DNA from: Candidatus Eiseniibacteriota bacterium | Lineage (GTDB): Bacteria; Eisenbacteria; RBG-16-71-46; CAZEPH01 | Assembly (NCBI GenBank): GCA_044229145.1 | Contig: JBGATO010000012.1 | Location: 9,350 to 73,349, forward strand | DNA length: 64,000 nucleotides | Direction: 5' to 3' | Part shown: positions 33,256 through 43,245 of the stretch, in pieces | Numbering within the stretch: position 1 is the stretch's first letter | Layout: the number at the start of each line of letters is the position of its first letter | The notes under the pieces: model-generated | What the model saw: only the letters and a program-made list of their open reading frames with translations | Told to the model about the DNA's origin: nothing | The model's database searches: none | Program-made: the position numbers and the translations under genes

Positions 33256-34521
33256 GTGACCACCAAGAAGACGACCAAGACCGCAACGACGCGCACCGCC
33301 AAGAAGACGGCTCCCGCGCGCCGCGCCAAGCCGGCGGCGAAATCCGCTGCCCTCAAGGCCGCGGCGAAGCCCGCCGCCAAACCAGCCCGGGAGGCAGCGC
33401 GCCTGTCGGTGCGTCGCGCCCGCGCCGCTGCCACGACCGCCGAGCGCGCGCGCACCGGCCGCGAAGTCCTGCGCGCGCTGCCCAAGACCGACCTCCACCT
33501 CCACCTCGACGGTTCGCTGCGCCCCGCCACCATCTTCCAGTTGGCGAAGGAGCAAGGCGTCAAGCTCCCGGTGAAGACGTCCGCGGATCTCCAGCGCCTG
33601 ATCAAGACCTCGCTCAAGAACCAGACGCTGGTCGACTACCTCAAGCTGTTCGACATCACGCTCAAGGTGATGCAGGAGCGCGAGGCGTTGCAGCGCGTCG
33701 CCTTCGAACTCGCGGCCGATTGCGCGGCCGAGGGTGCACGCTACATCGAAGTGCGCTACTGCCCGCTGCTCCACACCAAGCTTGGGCTGCAGTTGCCCGA
33801 GATCGTCGATGCGGTGCTGCTCGGCCTGACGCGCGCCGAGCACGCGCACGGCATCAAGTCCGGCGTGATCATCTGCGGCATGCGCAACATCTCGCCGCAC
33901 TTCAGCGAGGCGCTCGCCGAACTCACGGTGGCGTACAAGCAGCGCGGCGTGGTCGCGTTCGACCTCGCGGGCGCCGAGAAGGACTATCCGGCGAAGAATC
34001 ACCAGAACGCCTATCGCATCATCGCCAAGAACAACATCAACTCGACGGTGCATGCGGGCGAGGCGTTCGGCCCGCCGTCGATCGCGCAAGCGTTGCACTA
34101 CTGCGGCGCGCACCGGATCGGACACGGCACGCGGCTGCGCGAGGATCGCGAGCTACTCGACTACGTCAACGATCACCGCATCCCGCTCGAGATCTGCGTC
34201 ACCTCCAACGTGCAAACCGGCGCGGTGCCGCGGCTGCGCGATCATCCGGTGCGGTTCTACTACGACTACGGACTGCGCGTCACGCTCAACACCGACAACC
34301 GGCTGATGTCGGACACCACGGTGACCGACGAGCTCGTGGTGGTGTGCCGTGAATTCGGCTTCACGCCCGAGGAAGTGCGCAACGTGCTGATCAACGGTTT
34401 CAAGAGCGCGTTCCTGCCGCTCCACGAGAAGGCGGCAATGCTGCGGCGCGTCGTCAAGGAGATGGATGGCACGCTGGAGGCGGCGCGCCACCAGTTCGAC
34501 CCCACGATGCCGATGCTGTAG
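33256..34521 (+). CDS. add: Adenosine deaminase with Lys/Ala-rich N-terminal extension
   Basis: PKTDLHLHLDGS, FDLAGAE, TVHAGE, RIGHG, NTDN. Confidence 0.95.
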   Translation: MTTKKTTKTATTRTAKKTAPARRAKPAAKSAALKAAAKPAAKPAREAARLSVRRARAAATTAERARTGREVLRALPKTDLHLHLDGSLRPATIFQLAKEQGVKLPVKTSADLQRLIKTSLKNQTLVDYLKLFDITLKVMQEREALQRVAFELAADCAAEGARYIEVRYCPLLHTKLGLQLPEIVDAVLLGLTRAEHAHGIKSGVIICGMRNISPHFSEALAELTVAYKQRGVVAFDLAGAEKDYPAKNHQNAYRIIAKNNINSTVHAGEAFGPPSIAQALHYCGAHRIGHGTRLREDRELLDYVNDHRIPLEICVTSNVQTGAVPRLRDHPVRFYYDYGLRVTLNTDNRLMSDTTVTDELVVVCREFGFTPEEVRNVLINGFKSAFLPLHEKAAMLRRVVKEMDGTLEAARHQFDPTMPML

Positions 34522-34540
34522 CCGTCGCGCCGCATGACCT

Positions 34541-34577
34541 CGAAGGCCCGGGAGCGTTCGCCGCTCCCGGGCCTTCG
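34541..34577. terminator. Bidirectional terminator hairpin
   Basis: Perfect 16-bp stem cgaaggcccgggagcg-ttcgc-cgctcccgggccttcg between convergent genes. Confidence 0.8.
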
Positions 34578-34606
34578 TGCGCTTCGTCGTGTGGCGGCGA
34601 GGTGCG

Positions 34607-36121
34607 CTAGCGCGAGACCTCGATCTGCCGCGAGGCAGTCCGCGTGATGCCGTCGAAGCTGACGGTCGCGGTCACCATCGCTGGGCCGGCCTGCGACGGC
34701 GTGAAGCTGACGTAGGCCTTGCGCCCCGGCTGCGTGCGCAGAGTGCCGGCCGTCGCCGGGCTGACGCTCCAGTCGACGGTCGCGCCGGTGAAGTCTCCGG
34801 CCGACGCGCCGGTGGATTGCACGTGGAAGACGCTCGGCGCGCCCATGCGTCCGGTCGCCGGACCCTCGACGCTGATCTGCGGCGCCACGTCGGTTTGACG
34901 GGATGGGTCGACGATGGTCACCGAAGCGACCAGCGTGCGCGAGCGGCCTTGAGGGTCGCTCACCCGCGCCTCGATCTGCGCGCGGCCTCGCTGCCTGCCG
35001 GCGGTGAAGATGCCGACATCGCCCGTCCCGCTGATCGTGCCGGCGTTTTCCGGCATCACGCGCCACGCGATGCGCGCGCGCGTCGTCGCGGCGGCTGGCA
35101 GACCCGTGATGTGGAATTCGCTCGACTGCCCCGCCGCCAACTTGGCTTCGCGCGGCGTCAGCGTCAGCCGCAGCGCGCCCTGCTGCACGACCTGCACGGC
35201 GCCCACCGCGCGCTTGATGCGGCCGTTCGGACCGGTCACCGTCGCCATGACGACGCCGGCGCCGTTGGCCTCGGGGCTCGCGGTGAAGGTGCCGTCGCTT
35301 GCGATGGTGCCGAGCGTCGGCGGTTGCACCGACCACGTCACGCTGGTGGTGCCGCGCGCGGCCGGCGGGAGCGTCACCGAGAAGGTGCGCGAGTCGCCCG
35401 CGGTGAGTAGCGCACGCGCCGGGAGGACACGCAGCGCCACGTCGCCGATGCCGGCCTGAGGCGTCGACGTGCCGCCCCCGTCCACGATCGACACGTGCGC
35501 GACGCCGAGGCCCGCCGGCTTGTCCGCCGCGTCCCGCGCCACGGCCACGACCTGACATTGCGCCGGCACGGCGCCCGCCACGAACTGGCCGGCCGCGTCG
35601 ATGTGTCCGGCGCTCGGCGGAATCACGCGCCAGGTGACCGTCCCGGAGGGCACACCGCCGCCGAGCGCTTCGGCGCTGAAGGATTGCACGCCGGAGACCG
35701 GCACGCGGATCTGCCGCGGCGTGACCACGAGCGCGCGCGGGGTCCGGCGCGTCACGGTGTCGCCGATGCGGACGTGCGCCCACGCCGTGCCGTTGACGCC
35801 GGCACCGATGACGGTGGCGCGAATCACCGCTTCGCCGTCGGTGGTGCCCGCGATGAACACATTGTTCGCGCCGATGCGCCCGGCGGTCGGCGGCCGCACG
35901 CTCCACTGCACGCTGCCGGTGACCGCCGTCCCGCTGGCATCGCGCACATCGAGCGTCAGCGGCTGCGACGCGCCCGCCGGCACGACGAAATCATGCGGCA
36001 GGATCCGCACCGTGAGTCCGGCGGCCTGCGCCGCCGCGGCCCAGACGAGGAGCGCCATCGCCGCACACGCCTGGCGCCGTGCGCGGGCGACTCGCCCGAA
36101 GAGATCACGAACCGACGACAT
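34607..36121 (-). CDS. Secreted protein of about five tandem Ig-like (Big_2-like) repeats
   Basis: Signal peptide; repeated 'V.WSV.PP.AG.I...G.F.A' units. Confidence 0.8.
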   Translation of the reverse strand: MSSVRDLFGRVARARRQACAAMALLVWAAAAQAAGLTVRILPHDFVVPAGASQPLTLDVRDASGTAVTGSVQWSVRPPTAGRIGANNVFIAGTTDGEAVIRATVIGAGVNGTAWAHVRIGDTVTRRTPRALVVTPRQIRVPVSGVQSFSAEALGGGVPSGTVTWRVIPPSAGHIDAAGQFVAGAVPAQCQVVAVARDAADKPAGLGVAHVSIVDGGGTSTPQAGIGDVALRVLPARALLTAGDSRTFSVTLPPAARGTTSVTWSVQPPTLGTIASDGTFTASPEANGAGVVMATVTGPNGRIKRAVGAVQVVQQGALRLTLTPREAKLAAGQSSEFHITGLPAAATTRARIAWRVMPENAGTISGTGDVGIFTAGRQRGRAQIEARVSDPQGRSRTLVASVTIVDPSRQTDVAPQISVEGPATGRMGAPSVFHVQSTGASAGDFTGATVDWSVSPATAGTLRTQPGRKAYVSFTPSQAGPAMVTATVSFDGITRTASRQIEVSR

Positions 36122-36974
36122 AGAAGTTCCATTCCACGCTGGAGGTGCGGCCACTGGCGTCCCGTACTTCGACCTGCACGCGGTGCGAGCCTTCGGGCAA
36201 CGTGCCGTCCGGGGTGTACGACACGAAGTCGCGCGTGACGGTGACGCCGTGCGCGTCGACCGCGCGTCCGTCGAGACGGAGACGGACCGCGGAGCGCGCG
36301 GGATCGATGGTGGCGCCGTCGGCTGCGGCGACGACGTCGAAGCCGTCGGACAGCACGACCGATTCTGCCTCCGGCGTCACTGCGGCCAACTGCAACGGCG
36401 CGGTGTCCGGCGACACACTCGGCGACTGGTCCACGGCCGGCACCGGCGATTGCGTGGCATCGCCGGTGGAGGGCGGCGCGACAGGAACCGGCGTGCTACC
36501 CGGCGTCTGCTGCGCGACTTGTTGCGACGGAGACCCAGCCGGCGAACCGCTCTCGCGGCTCCGCCACGTCCCCACGACCTGTGCTGCCACACTAGCCAGC
36601 ACGACCGCCATGGCGACTCCGGCAAGCACGGCCGCCGGCTGGAATATCGGTGACATCCGGACGCCACTCCACCACTCCGCGACACGATCGCCCCAGCTGA
36701 TGGCCGGAGGCGTGTAGGGAACGGGCGCAGCCTCGGGTGCGGCCGCGGCTTCGTGCAAACGGTCGAGCAAGGAAGCGCGGAATCCGGAGGGCAATTCGAT
36801 CTCGGGCGGAGGAGTCAACGCGCGCCGCAGGGCCGTCCGCCGCTCCACCCGGGCGCGACAGCGCGAACAAGACTCTGCGTGGCCGTGCAACCGCGCGGCC
36901 TCGTCGGAGGGCAGAAGGCCGTCCACGAGGTCCTGCAGCGCGCGTTCGATGTCTCGACAGGTCGCCTGTCGCAT
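36105..36974 (-). CDS. zf-HC2 anti-sigma factor with one TM and periplasmic Ig-like domain
   Basis: 'C...L..LVDG.L...HAESCSRC'; TM segment; Pro/Ser linker; C-terminal beta domain. Confidence 0.85.
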   Translation of the reverse strand: MRQATCRDIERALQDLVDGLLPSDEAARLHGHAESCSRCRARVERRTALRRALTPPPEIELPSGFRASLLDRLHEAAAAPEAAPVPYTPPAISWGDRVAEWWSGVRMSPIFQPAAVLAGVAMAVVLASVAAQVVGTWRSRESGSPAGSPSQQVAQQTPGSTPVPVAPPSTGDATQSPVPAVDQSPSVSPDTAPLQLAAVTPEAESVVLSDGFDVVAAADGATIDPARSAVRLRLDGRAVDAHGVTVTRDFVSYTPDGTLPEGSHRVQVEVRDASGRTSSVEWNFYVVGS

Positions 36975-37031
36975 CGTGTCCTCTCTCTCGTCCATCCGCC
37001 CGTGCCGGAGCGCCGGGCGTGCGATTGGTGC

Positions 37032-37601
37032 CTACCCGAGCTCCCGCAAGAGTTCGGGCGGCACACGGGCTTCGAGCTTCGCGTGCGCCCGCGCCAGGCG
37101 GGACTTCACCGTGCCGAGGGAGCAGCCCCACACCGAGGCGATCTCCTCGTACGACAGATCTTCGTAATAGCGCAGGATGATCGCCTCGCGGTACGGCTCT
37201 CCCAGCGCTTCCACCGCCGCGCGGACCACCGAGTAGGTGCCGCCGCGTTCGACGGTGTCGTGGGCCGGGTCGTGCCCGGCCGGTTCGTGGCCTCGCTCGC
37301 GCAAGACCTCGAGGTCCACCTCGCGCGAGCGCCGCGTGGTGCGGCGGCGGCCGCGGCGTGCGCACTCGTTCAGCGTGATGCGGCAGAGCCAGGTGAAGGG
37401 CTGCGCGTCGCCGCGGAACGTGTGGAACGCCTTGTATGCCTGTAAGTACGCCTCCTGGACGGCGTCCAGCGCATCGTCGCGATCCCCAAGGACGCGGTGC
37501 GCCAGGTTCACCAGCCGCTTGTCGTACTGGAGCAGCGGGGCGAACGCTGCGTCCAGGTCACCAGCCTGCGTGGGGCGAGGCGGCGGGTCGGCCGTTGCCA
37601 T
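37032..37601 (-). CDS. ECF RNA polymerase sigma factor
   Basis: DALDAVQEAYL, FTWLCRI, SYEEIA...GTVKSRLARA. Confidence 0.93.
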   Translation of the reverse strand: MATADPPPRPTQAGDLDAAFAPLLQYDKRLVNLAHRVLGDRDDALDAVQEAYLQAYKAFHTFRGDAQPFTWLCRITLNECARRGRRRTTRRSREVDLEVLRERGHEPAGHDPAHDTVERGGTYSVVRAAVEALGEPYREAIILRYYEDLSYEEIASVWGCSLGTVKSRLARAHAKLEARVPPELLRELG

Positions 37602-37720
37602 GGGCAACTAGTGGCCTCCAGACGGGTCGTGGGTCGTCGTCTCGTCCGACGCTCGTGAGGGTAAGAGATGTCGACCCACTGGCTTGTTCCCGTCGGAGCG
37701 GCCGGAGTGCGGGGTTTCTC

Positions 37721-39811
37721 TCACCATGTGCGGACATAGCTCAACCGCCCCACGGTCTGGTGGTAGGTGCGCAACACGCGCACTCCGCCCAAGTCCGCCG
37801 GGTACAAGGAGATGCCGTACGACGACACACTCAGCGCGCCCTCCAGGGCATTCCGCGCATCGAGGCGATAATTCGCTTGCAGGCGCGGCAGCAAGGAGCG
37901 CGACAGCGTTTCGGCCGGCTGGCCCGGCGTCGTCTGTTGCGTGAGGGCTGCGCTGCCGGTGGCGTCGAGGCTCAGGCGCGGCAGCGGCGCCGCGTGCACG
38001 GCTGCCGCCCCAGACCAGCTGGTGACGTCGGCGACGTGACTGCGGGTGACCGTCAGAGAGGCGCGCAGGCCGCGTCCCGCGACCGCGCCGCTGGCGGCCA
38101 CGAACCACGAGCGATCCTGTGTGCCGCAGCTCAGCGTCACGCCCTGGCCGCGGGCATCGAGCCGCGACACACTGGCGTCGGTGCGATGGCTCCACGCGCG
38201 GACGCTGTCGCCTGCCAGGCCGGTGAACCGCGAGACGAAATACCCGCCGGTGGCGAACCAGCCTCCGCGCGTCCAGGTGGCGCTTCCCGCCAGCTCGCGT
38301 CGGCCCTCCTGCGCGAACGGCGCGAGCATGGCGTGGTAGCCGTCGGCGGCGTCGGTGAAACGCAGGCTGGCGCGCACCGGGCCGGCGCCGCGAATCGCCG
38401 AGAGCACGAGAGCGTGTCCGGTGGCGGATGAGTCGGTCAGACCGCCGTCCCGCGTCCGCCAACTCGCCAGCGACCATTCGGCGAGGGTCTGCCAGCCGCC
38501 GCGGTCCGCCGTCACGCGCGGGGCGAAGGTCCAGCCGCTGCGTGCACCGCCGGACGCGAAGTCGACCGCGTCGGTGAGCGATTCGCGGCCGTAGCTCGCA
38601 CACGCAGCGAGGTCGATGCCGCGCGCGGCGTGGCCGAGAACGGTGGTGGCGCCCCCGTCGATCGCCCGGCCGCCGACCTCGTCGGCGCCGATGTGCAGGC
38701 CGAAGGCTCGCCACTCCCCGCGTGCACCGCGCACGGTCGTGCGGCCGCCGCTCGCCTGTGGGCCGGCCAGCGCCAACTCCGACTCCCACGGCAAGAGCGT
38801 GCCCGCCTCGACCTCATGGCCGGCACCGGTGACCAGCACCGCGCCTTGGGTTCGTGGACGGGTCGACGGCGTGGACGAGAACCAGCCGCTGATGGTCTCT
38901 GCGCCGAGTGTGGCGGAGAGGTCGCCGGTCGCGTGGACGAAGGTGCCGGCGGGTTGCGGGAGCGAGGCGAAGACGGTCCCGGTGTACGCGCTGCCGTCCG
39001 CGCTCTCGGTGCCGAGGGAGAGCCGCCCGCTCGAGGCGAAGCCGCCCGCCGCAGCGGCCGCGTCCTCCGCGCTGCCGGGGACGCGGAACGTCCAGGCTTC
39101 CGCGCGCGGCACTCGTTCGCCGGTGATTTCGACGCGTGCGACGTGCTCGCCCGGCGCCAGCGGCGACGTCGGCACGAAGCTCACGTAGTCGCGCGTGGAA
39201 TCGGTCTCGGCGCGCACCGGATTGCCGTCGAGCCACACAGTGCACACCGAGCGCGGCGGGAGCGGCGGATCGAAGAACGCCGCGATCTGCGGCGTGGCGA
39301 TGTCCGTCTCGCCTCCGGGAGCCGGTGACAGCGGCGTGATGGTCGAATCGGTCTCGGCCTGGACCACGACGCCAATCGGGGCACGCGCCGCGTCGGCGAA
39401 CGGGCGCGTCGCCACGCTGCCGTCGCGCGCCTGCACCCGGAGGTAATACTCGAGCCCAGGAGGCTCGACCGCGCCCGCGGGGATGACGGCGTCCCATGTG
39501 CCCGCGTTCTCGCGCATCGACAGGACGGTGTACTCGGTGACGCCGCGGAGCCGGTAGTAGACCTCGGCGCGCAGCAATGGCCGGTCTCCCGGGACGGTCA
39601 CACTCAGCGGGAGTGGACGCCAGGCGCGCACCGCCTGCGGGGCGAGATGCTGAATCATCCAGCTGGCCGGTGGGGGAGTTGCGGGCGCGTTGGGGCCGGC
39701 CGCGGATGCGCCGGCCGCTGATGGCGGCACGACGATGGCGGTTCCCAGGGCGATCCAGGTGAGAACGGCGGCGCTGAAGGGGGAGCAACGCGCGGGAGGC
39801 CGCAGCGGCAC
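37721..39811 (-). CDS. Secreted protein with two N-terminal beta-sandwich domains and probable outer-membrane beta-barrel
   Basis: AAGGAG RBS plus GTG start; signal peptide; 'VYYR...IPAGAV...GLEYY' domain; amphipathic strands ending 'GRLSYVRTW'. Confidence 0.65.
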   Translation of the reverse strand: MPLRPPARCSPFSAAVLTWIALGTAIVVPPSAAGASAAGPNAPATPPPASWMIQHLAPQAVRAWRPLPLSVTVPGDRPLLRAEVYYRLRGVTEYTVLSMRENAGTWDAVIPAGAVEPPGLEYYLRVQARDGSVATRPFADAARAPIGVVVQAETDSTITPLSPAPGGETDIATPQIAAFFDPPLPPRSVCTVWLDGNPVRAETDSTRDYVSFVPTSPLAPGEHVARVEITGERVPRAEAWTFRVPGSAEDAAAAAGGFASSGRLSLGTESADGSAYTGTVFASLPQPAGTFVHATGDLSATLGAETISGWFSSTPSTRPRTQGAVLVTGAGHEVEAGTLLPWESELALAGPQASGGRTTVRGARGEWRAFGLHIGADEVGGRAIDGGATTVLGHAARGIDLAACASYGRESLTDAVDFASGGARSGWTFAPRVTADRGGWQTLAEWSLASWRTRDGGLTDSSATGHALVLSAIRGAGPVRASLRFTDAADGYHAMLAPFAQEGRRELAGSATWTRGGWFATGGYFVSRFTGLAGDSVRAWSHRTDASVSRLDARGQGVTLSCGTQDRSWFVAASGAVAGRGLRASLTVTRSHVADVTSWSGAAAVHAAPLPRLSLDATGSAALTQQTTPGQPAETLSRSLLPRLQANYRLDARNALEGALSVSSYGISLYPADLGGVRVLRTYHQTVGRLSYVRTW

Positions 39812-39925
39812 AGGCTCTCCTTAGTTGCAAGAGAGGGCGGGCGCGGGGCACCATGGCGGGCCCGGCTCGCCGGAGACTACTGTGCGACAACGAAGAGGGT
39901 CAAGCCACTGAACGCCGTATCCACC

Positions 39926-40831
39926 GTGCCTCCGCTCGCCACCGTGCCGTTGCCCTGCACCTTGTGCGGCGACGTGCCGGCGCGTTCCCTGCCCTACGCG
40001 TACCTGTACGGGGGCGCCGAGTTTCGCGGCGTCGCGTGCAGCCGCTGCCATCTCGTGCGGGTCGGGACGCGGCCTGCCGACCTCGCGGCGCTCTACCGTG
40101 CCGAGTATTTCGACGCCGACTATCGCTGTGGCCACGCGGAGCGCGGGGCGTGCGAGGGGGGCGGCGCGCCCCTCGTCGACTCCGAGATTCTCGACCTCCT
40201 GGCGCGCTTCGCGCCGGGCCGCCGGTTGCTCGAGGTGGGGCCGGCCGGCGGAGATTTCCTGCGCGGTGCGGCGTCGCGCGGTTGGACGGTCATGGGCATC
40301 GAGATCAGCGAGGCGGCGGCACGGGCCGCGCGCGAGAACTTCGGGCTCGACGTCCGGGCCGGCGAACTCACGACCGCGGGTTTCCCCGCGGCCTCCGTGG
40401 ACGCCATCTACATGGGCGACGTCCTCGAGCACGCACCGGATCCCATGGCGTCGCTGCGTGAGGCGCACCGCGTGTTGGTGCCAGGGGGCGCGTTGGTCAT
40501 CGCTGGTCCGACGACCATCTGCTCGCTCGCTCGTCGGCTAGGGCTGGCGGCATACGCGGCGGCCGGGCGCGTGCGCTACCTGCGGACGCCGCCGTACCAC
40601 CTGTGGGAGTTCACGCCACCCACGTTGACCCGGTTGGTCGAACAGGCGGGATTCCGCGTCGGCTCCCGTCGGGCCTCGAAAATCCCGCCCTCCACGGCGG
40701 GACGCTGCAGTCGTGTCGTGGACAGCGCGGCGGTGCTCCCCCTCGAGTGGTTCAACGTGTGGGTCACTGCTCTCACCGGCTGTTGCGGCGACCGCTTGGT
40801 GCTGGTGGCCACGTCCGCGGACACGCGCTAG
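39926..40831 (+). CDS. Class I SAM methyltransferase with N-terminal Zn ribbon
   Basis: CTLC...CSRC; LLEVGPAGG; DVLEH; PYHLWEF. Confidence 0.88.
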   Translation: MPPLATVPLPCTLCGDVPARSLPYAYLYGGAEFRGVACSRCHLVRVGTRPADLAALYRAEYFDADYRCGHAERGACEGGGAPLVDSEILDLLARFAPGRRLLEVGPAGGDFLRGAASRGWTVMGIEISEAAARAARENFGLDVRAGELTTAGFPAASVDAIYMGDVLEHAPDPMASLREAHRVLVPGGALVIAGPTTICSLARRLGLAAYAAAGRVRYLRTPPYHLWEFTPPTLTRLVEQAGFRVGSRRASKIPPSTAGRCSRVVDSAAVLPLEWFNVWVTALTGCCGDRLVLVATSADTR

Positions 40832-40957
40832 AACGGCCTCCGCGCACTGCACTCCCCGGGGTATGAGGAGTCCAGTCCGCGAAGGCCGTCTTGCGCGACT
40901 CTGGCGCCATGCGTCGTGCAGGTCCCGCCGGTGGGCGGGACTCACGCAGGACGCTGG

Positions 40958-41239
40958 CTAGCGGCGGCTACGCGGCTTGGTGGCGGCCGCCGTCTTGCGC
41001 TTGGGCCGCTCGACCTCGATTTCGTCGTCGTCATCCAGGTCCGGCAGGGGACGCGGGGCAGGACGTCCGCGCATCATGCTCGCCATCTGAATTTCGTCGA
41101 GGTGCTTGTTCTTGAGGTACTGGCGGATCGCTTCGCGCACCAATTCGCTATAGGTGCGGCTTTCCTCTTCCGCAGTTCGTTCGAGTTCCTTCAGCAGTTT
41201 CGGGGGGATGGAGAACGAGCGCACGACCGTCTTGCGCAC
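40958..41239 (-). CDS. CopG/RHH family DNA-binding protein
   Basis: 'SFSIPPKLLKELERTAEEESRTYSELVREAIRQYL'; GGAGG RBS. Confidence 0.85.
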   Translation of the reverse strand: MRKTVVRSFSIPPKLLKELERTAEEESRTYSELVREAIRQYLKNKHLDEIQMASMMRGRPAPRPLPDLDDDDEIEVERPKRKTAAATKPRSRR

Positions 41240-41431
41240 TTGTTGGCCTCCGTAAAATATAGGTCAAGTTTGTGACGTACTGCGAGTTTCGCAGCACGCC
41301 AAGCGCAGCAGTTGATGCGCGCCGCCGCGTGAGTTCATACTTGCGGGCTTGTCGTGTCCTGTCAAGTGAATGTCGGGTCAGTAAGGAGACTTTGAGAGAA
41401 TTCTGCCTCAGGCGGACCGCGCACGTCGCAA

Positions 41432-42649
41432 CTAGGCGACAGCGCCTCCGAGGCGCAGGTCGGCGATCGCCTGCGGCGACAGACCGAGGACGTCCGCCAG
41501 AATCGCATCGGTGTGCTCGCCGAGCCGTGGCGGTGGCTGTCGCACGGCGCCCGGGGTGTCGCCCAGGTGCACCGGCATGCCCGGCAAGCGGAGCGTTCCG
41601 GCCGTCGCGTGGTCGACGCTCACCACCATCTCGCGCGCGACGACCTGTGCGTCGGCGAGGGCTTCGGGAACCGTCTGCACGCGCCCCGCGGGAATGCCCG
41701 CCGCGCGCAGGCGTTGGAGCCATTCGCCCGCGTCGCGGGTTCCCATGTGCGCCGCGATGCGCGGCGTGAGGCTGTCCCGCTGGGCGATACGGCCGGCGTT
41801 GGTGGCCAGCGAAGCATCGGCGGCCAATTCAGGCGCCTCGATGACCTCGCAGAACTTTCGCCACATCGCGTCGGTGCCGACGCCGACGTTGAGCGCGCCG
41901 TCCCGCGCTGGGAAACTCTCGTAGGGTGTGATCGTCGGATGGCAGTTGCCGAGACGCCGCGGTTCGACGCCTGCGTTGAGCCACGCAGACGCATGGTAGG
42001 ACAACAAGCTGATCTGCCCGTCGAGCAGCGCGATGTCGACCAACTGCCCACGTCCCGTGCGCTGGCGCGCGAGCAGCGCCAGCAGGATGCCCTGCACCGC
42101 GAGCATTCCGGCGATCAAGTCCGCCTGACTCGTTCCCACCTTGGTTGGCGCGCCGTCGGGGAAGCCGGTGATCGACATCAATCCGCCTTCGCCCTGTGCG
42201 ATGAGGTCGAAGCCGGGTTCGGCGGCGCGCGGGCCGGTTTGGCCGTAGCCGCTGATCGAGCAGTAGACGACGCGCGGGTAGCGTTCGCGCACCACGTCCC
42301 AGCCAAAGCCCAACTTGGCGAGAGTTCCGGGACGGAAGTTCTCGACCACGACGTCGGCGCGCTCCAGGATGCCGTGGAGCACGTCGCGCCCGCCGTCGGT
42401 GCGCAGGTCGACGACGATGCTCTCCTTGTTGCGATTCGCGCTGAGGAAGTAGGTCGATTCGCCGCCGACGAAAGGCGGCCCCCAGCGGCGCGTCTCATCG
42501 CCGCCGGGCGGCTCGATCTTGAGCACGCGAGCCCCCATATCGGCGAGCTGCATGGTGCAGGAGGGACCGGCGAGGATGCGGGAGAGATCGGCGATGACGA
42601 GGCCGTCGAGCGGGCCCGCCGGCACGGGCCCGGCCGCCGGTGAGGTCAT
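41432..42649 (-). CDS. CaiB/BaiF family III CoA-transferase
   Basis: DLSRILAGP, GDETRRWGPPF, NRNKES, ENFRPG, SISGYGQTGP. Confidence 0.95.
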   Translation of the reverse strand: MTSPAAGPVPAGPLDGLVIADLSRILAGPSCTMQLADMGARVLKIEPPGGDETRRWGPPFVGGESTYFLSANRNKESIVVDLRTDGGRDVLHGILERADVVVENFRPGTLAKLGFGWDVVRERYPRVVYCSISGYGQTGPRAAEPGFDLIAQGEGGLMSITGFPDGAPTKVGTSQADLIAGMLAVQGILLALLARQRTGRGQLVDIALLDGQISLLSYHASAWLNAGVEPRRLGNCHPTITPYESFPARDGALNVGVGTDAMWRKFCEVIEAPELAADASLATNAGRIAQRDSLTPRIAAHMGTRDAGEWLQRLRAAGIPAGRVQTVPEALADAQVVAREMVVSVDHATAGTLRLPGMPVHLGDTPGAVRQPPPRLGEHTDAILADVLGLSPQAIADLRLGGAVA

Positions 42650-43245
42650 GAACCGCTCCGTGTGGTGAAGGTCACGCTCGGCGGCGTGATGCGCGACAAC
42701 ACACACAGCGGGTACGCGGTGACCGAGTACAGGTGGCCGCCGACCAAGGTGACGCCGTCTTGGCCGTCCTGCGTCCAGATCTCCTCGTACACCACGCTAT
42801 CGCCATCGGCGATGCCGCCGTCCGGATCGAACTGGATGCCGCCCACCGGCGGAAACACCCTGCCGGTGGAGTAGCGCCACACCTGCTGGTGCGCCGTCGA
42901 ATCGCGCACGATGAAGTCGTAGCGCTGCGTCGTGGTGAAGCCGCAGCCCAGGCTGGTGTGCACACCGCTGTTGTTGTGAATCGCCATCGCGAAACTCAGC
43001 GTGTCGCCGGCGTCGTACGTCGCCCGGTCGAGTTGCAGCGACACCGAGAAACTCGAGGCCTGCGACTCGGCTCGCTGTGCATCGAGCGTGATGTACGAGG
43101 TCGGCTGCGGGTTCGTGGTTGCGTCGTTGCACGCGGCGAAGCCGAGCGCGAGTGCCAGGGCGGCCGCGCCGAGCGCCGCGCCCCGTGCAACGCGGTGGAG
43201 CGGGGAGAGCGGGGGATCCACGCGACGGGTCGTCTGCGCGTTCAA
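42646..43245 (-). CDS. Lipoprotein with BsuPI-like (intracellular proteinase inhibitor) Ig domain
   Basis: Lipobox GFAAC; 'FTTTQRYDFIVRD...VWRYSTGRVF'; TTG at 43245 overlaps the ALDH stop (start uncertain). Confidence 0.65.
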   Translation of the reverse strand: MNAQTTRRVDPPLSPLHRVARGAALGAAALALALGFAACNDATTNPQPTSYITLDAQRAESQASSFSVSLQLDRATYDAGDTLSFAMAIHNNSGVHTSLGCGFTTTQRYDFIVRDSTAHQQVWRYSTGRVFPPVGGIQFDPDGGIADGDSVVYEEIWTQDGQDGVTLVGGHLYSVTAYPLCVLSRITPPSVTFTTRSGS

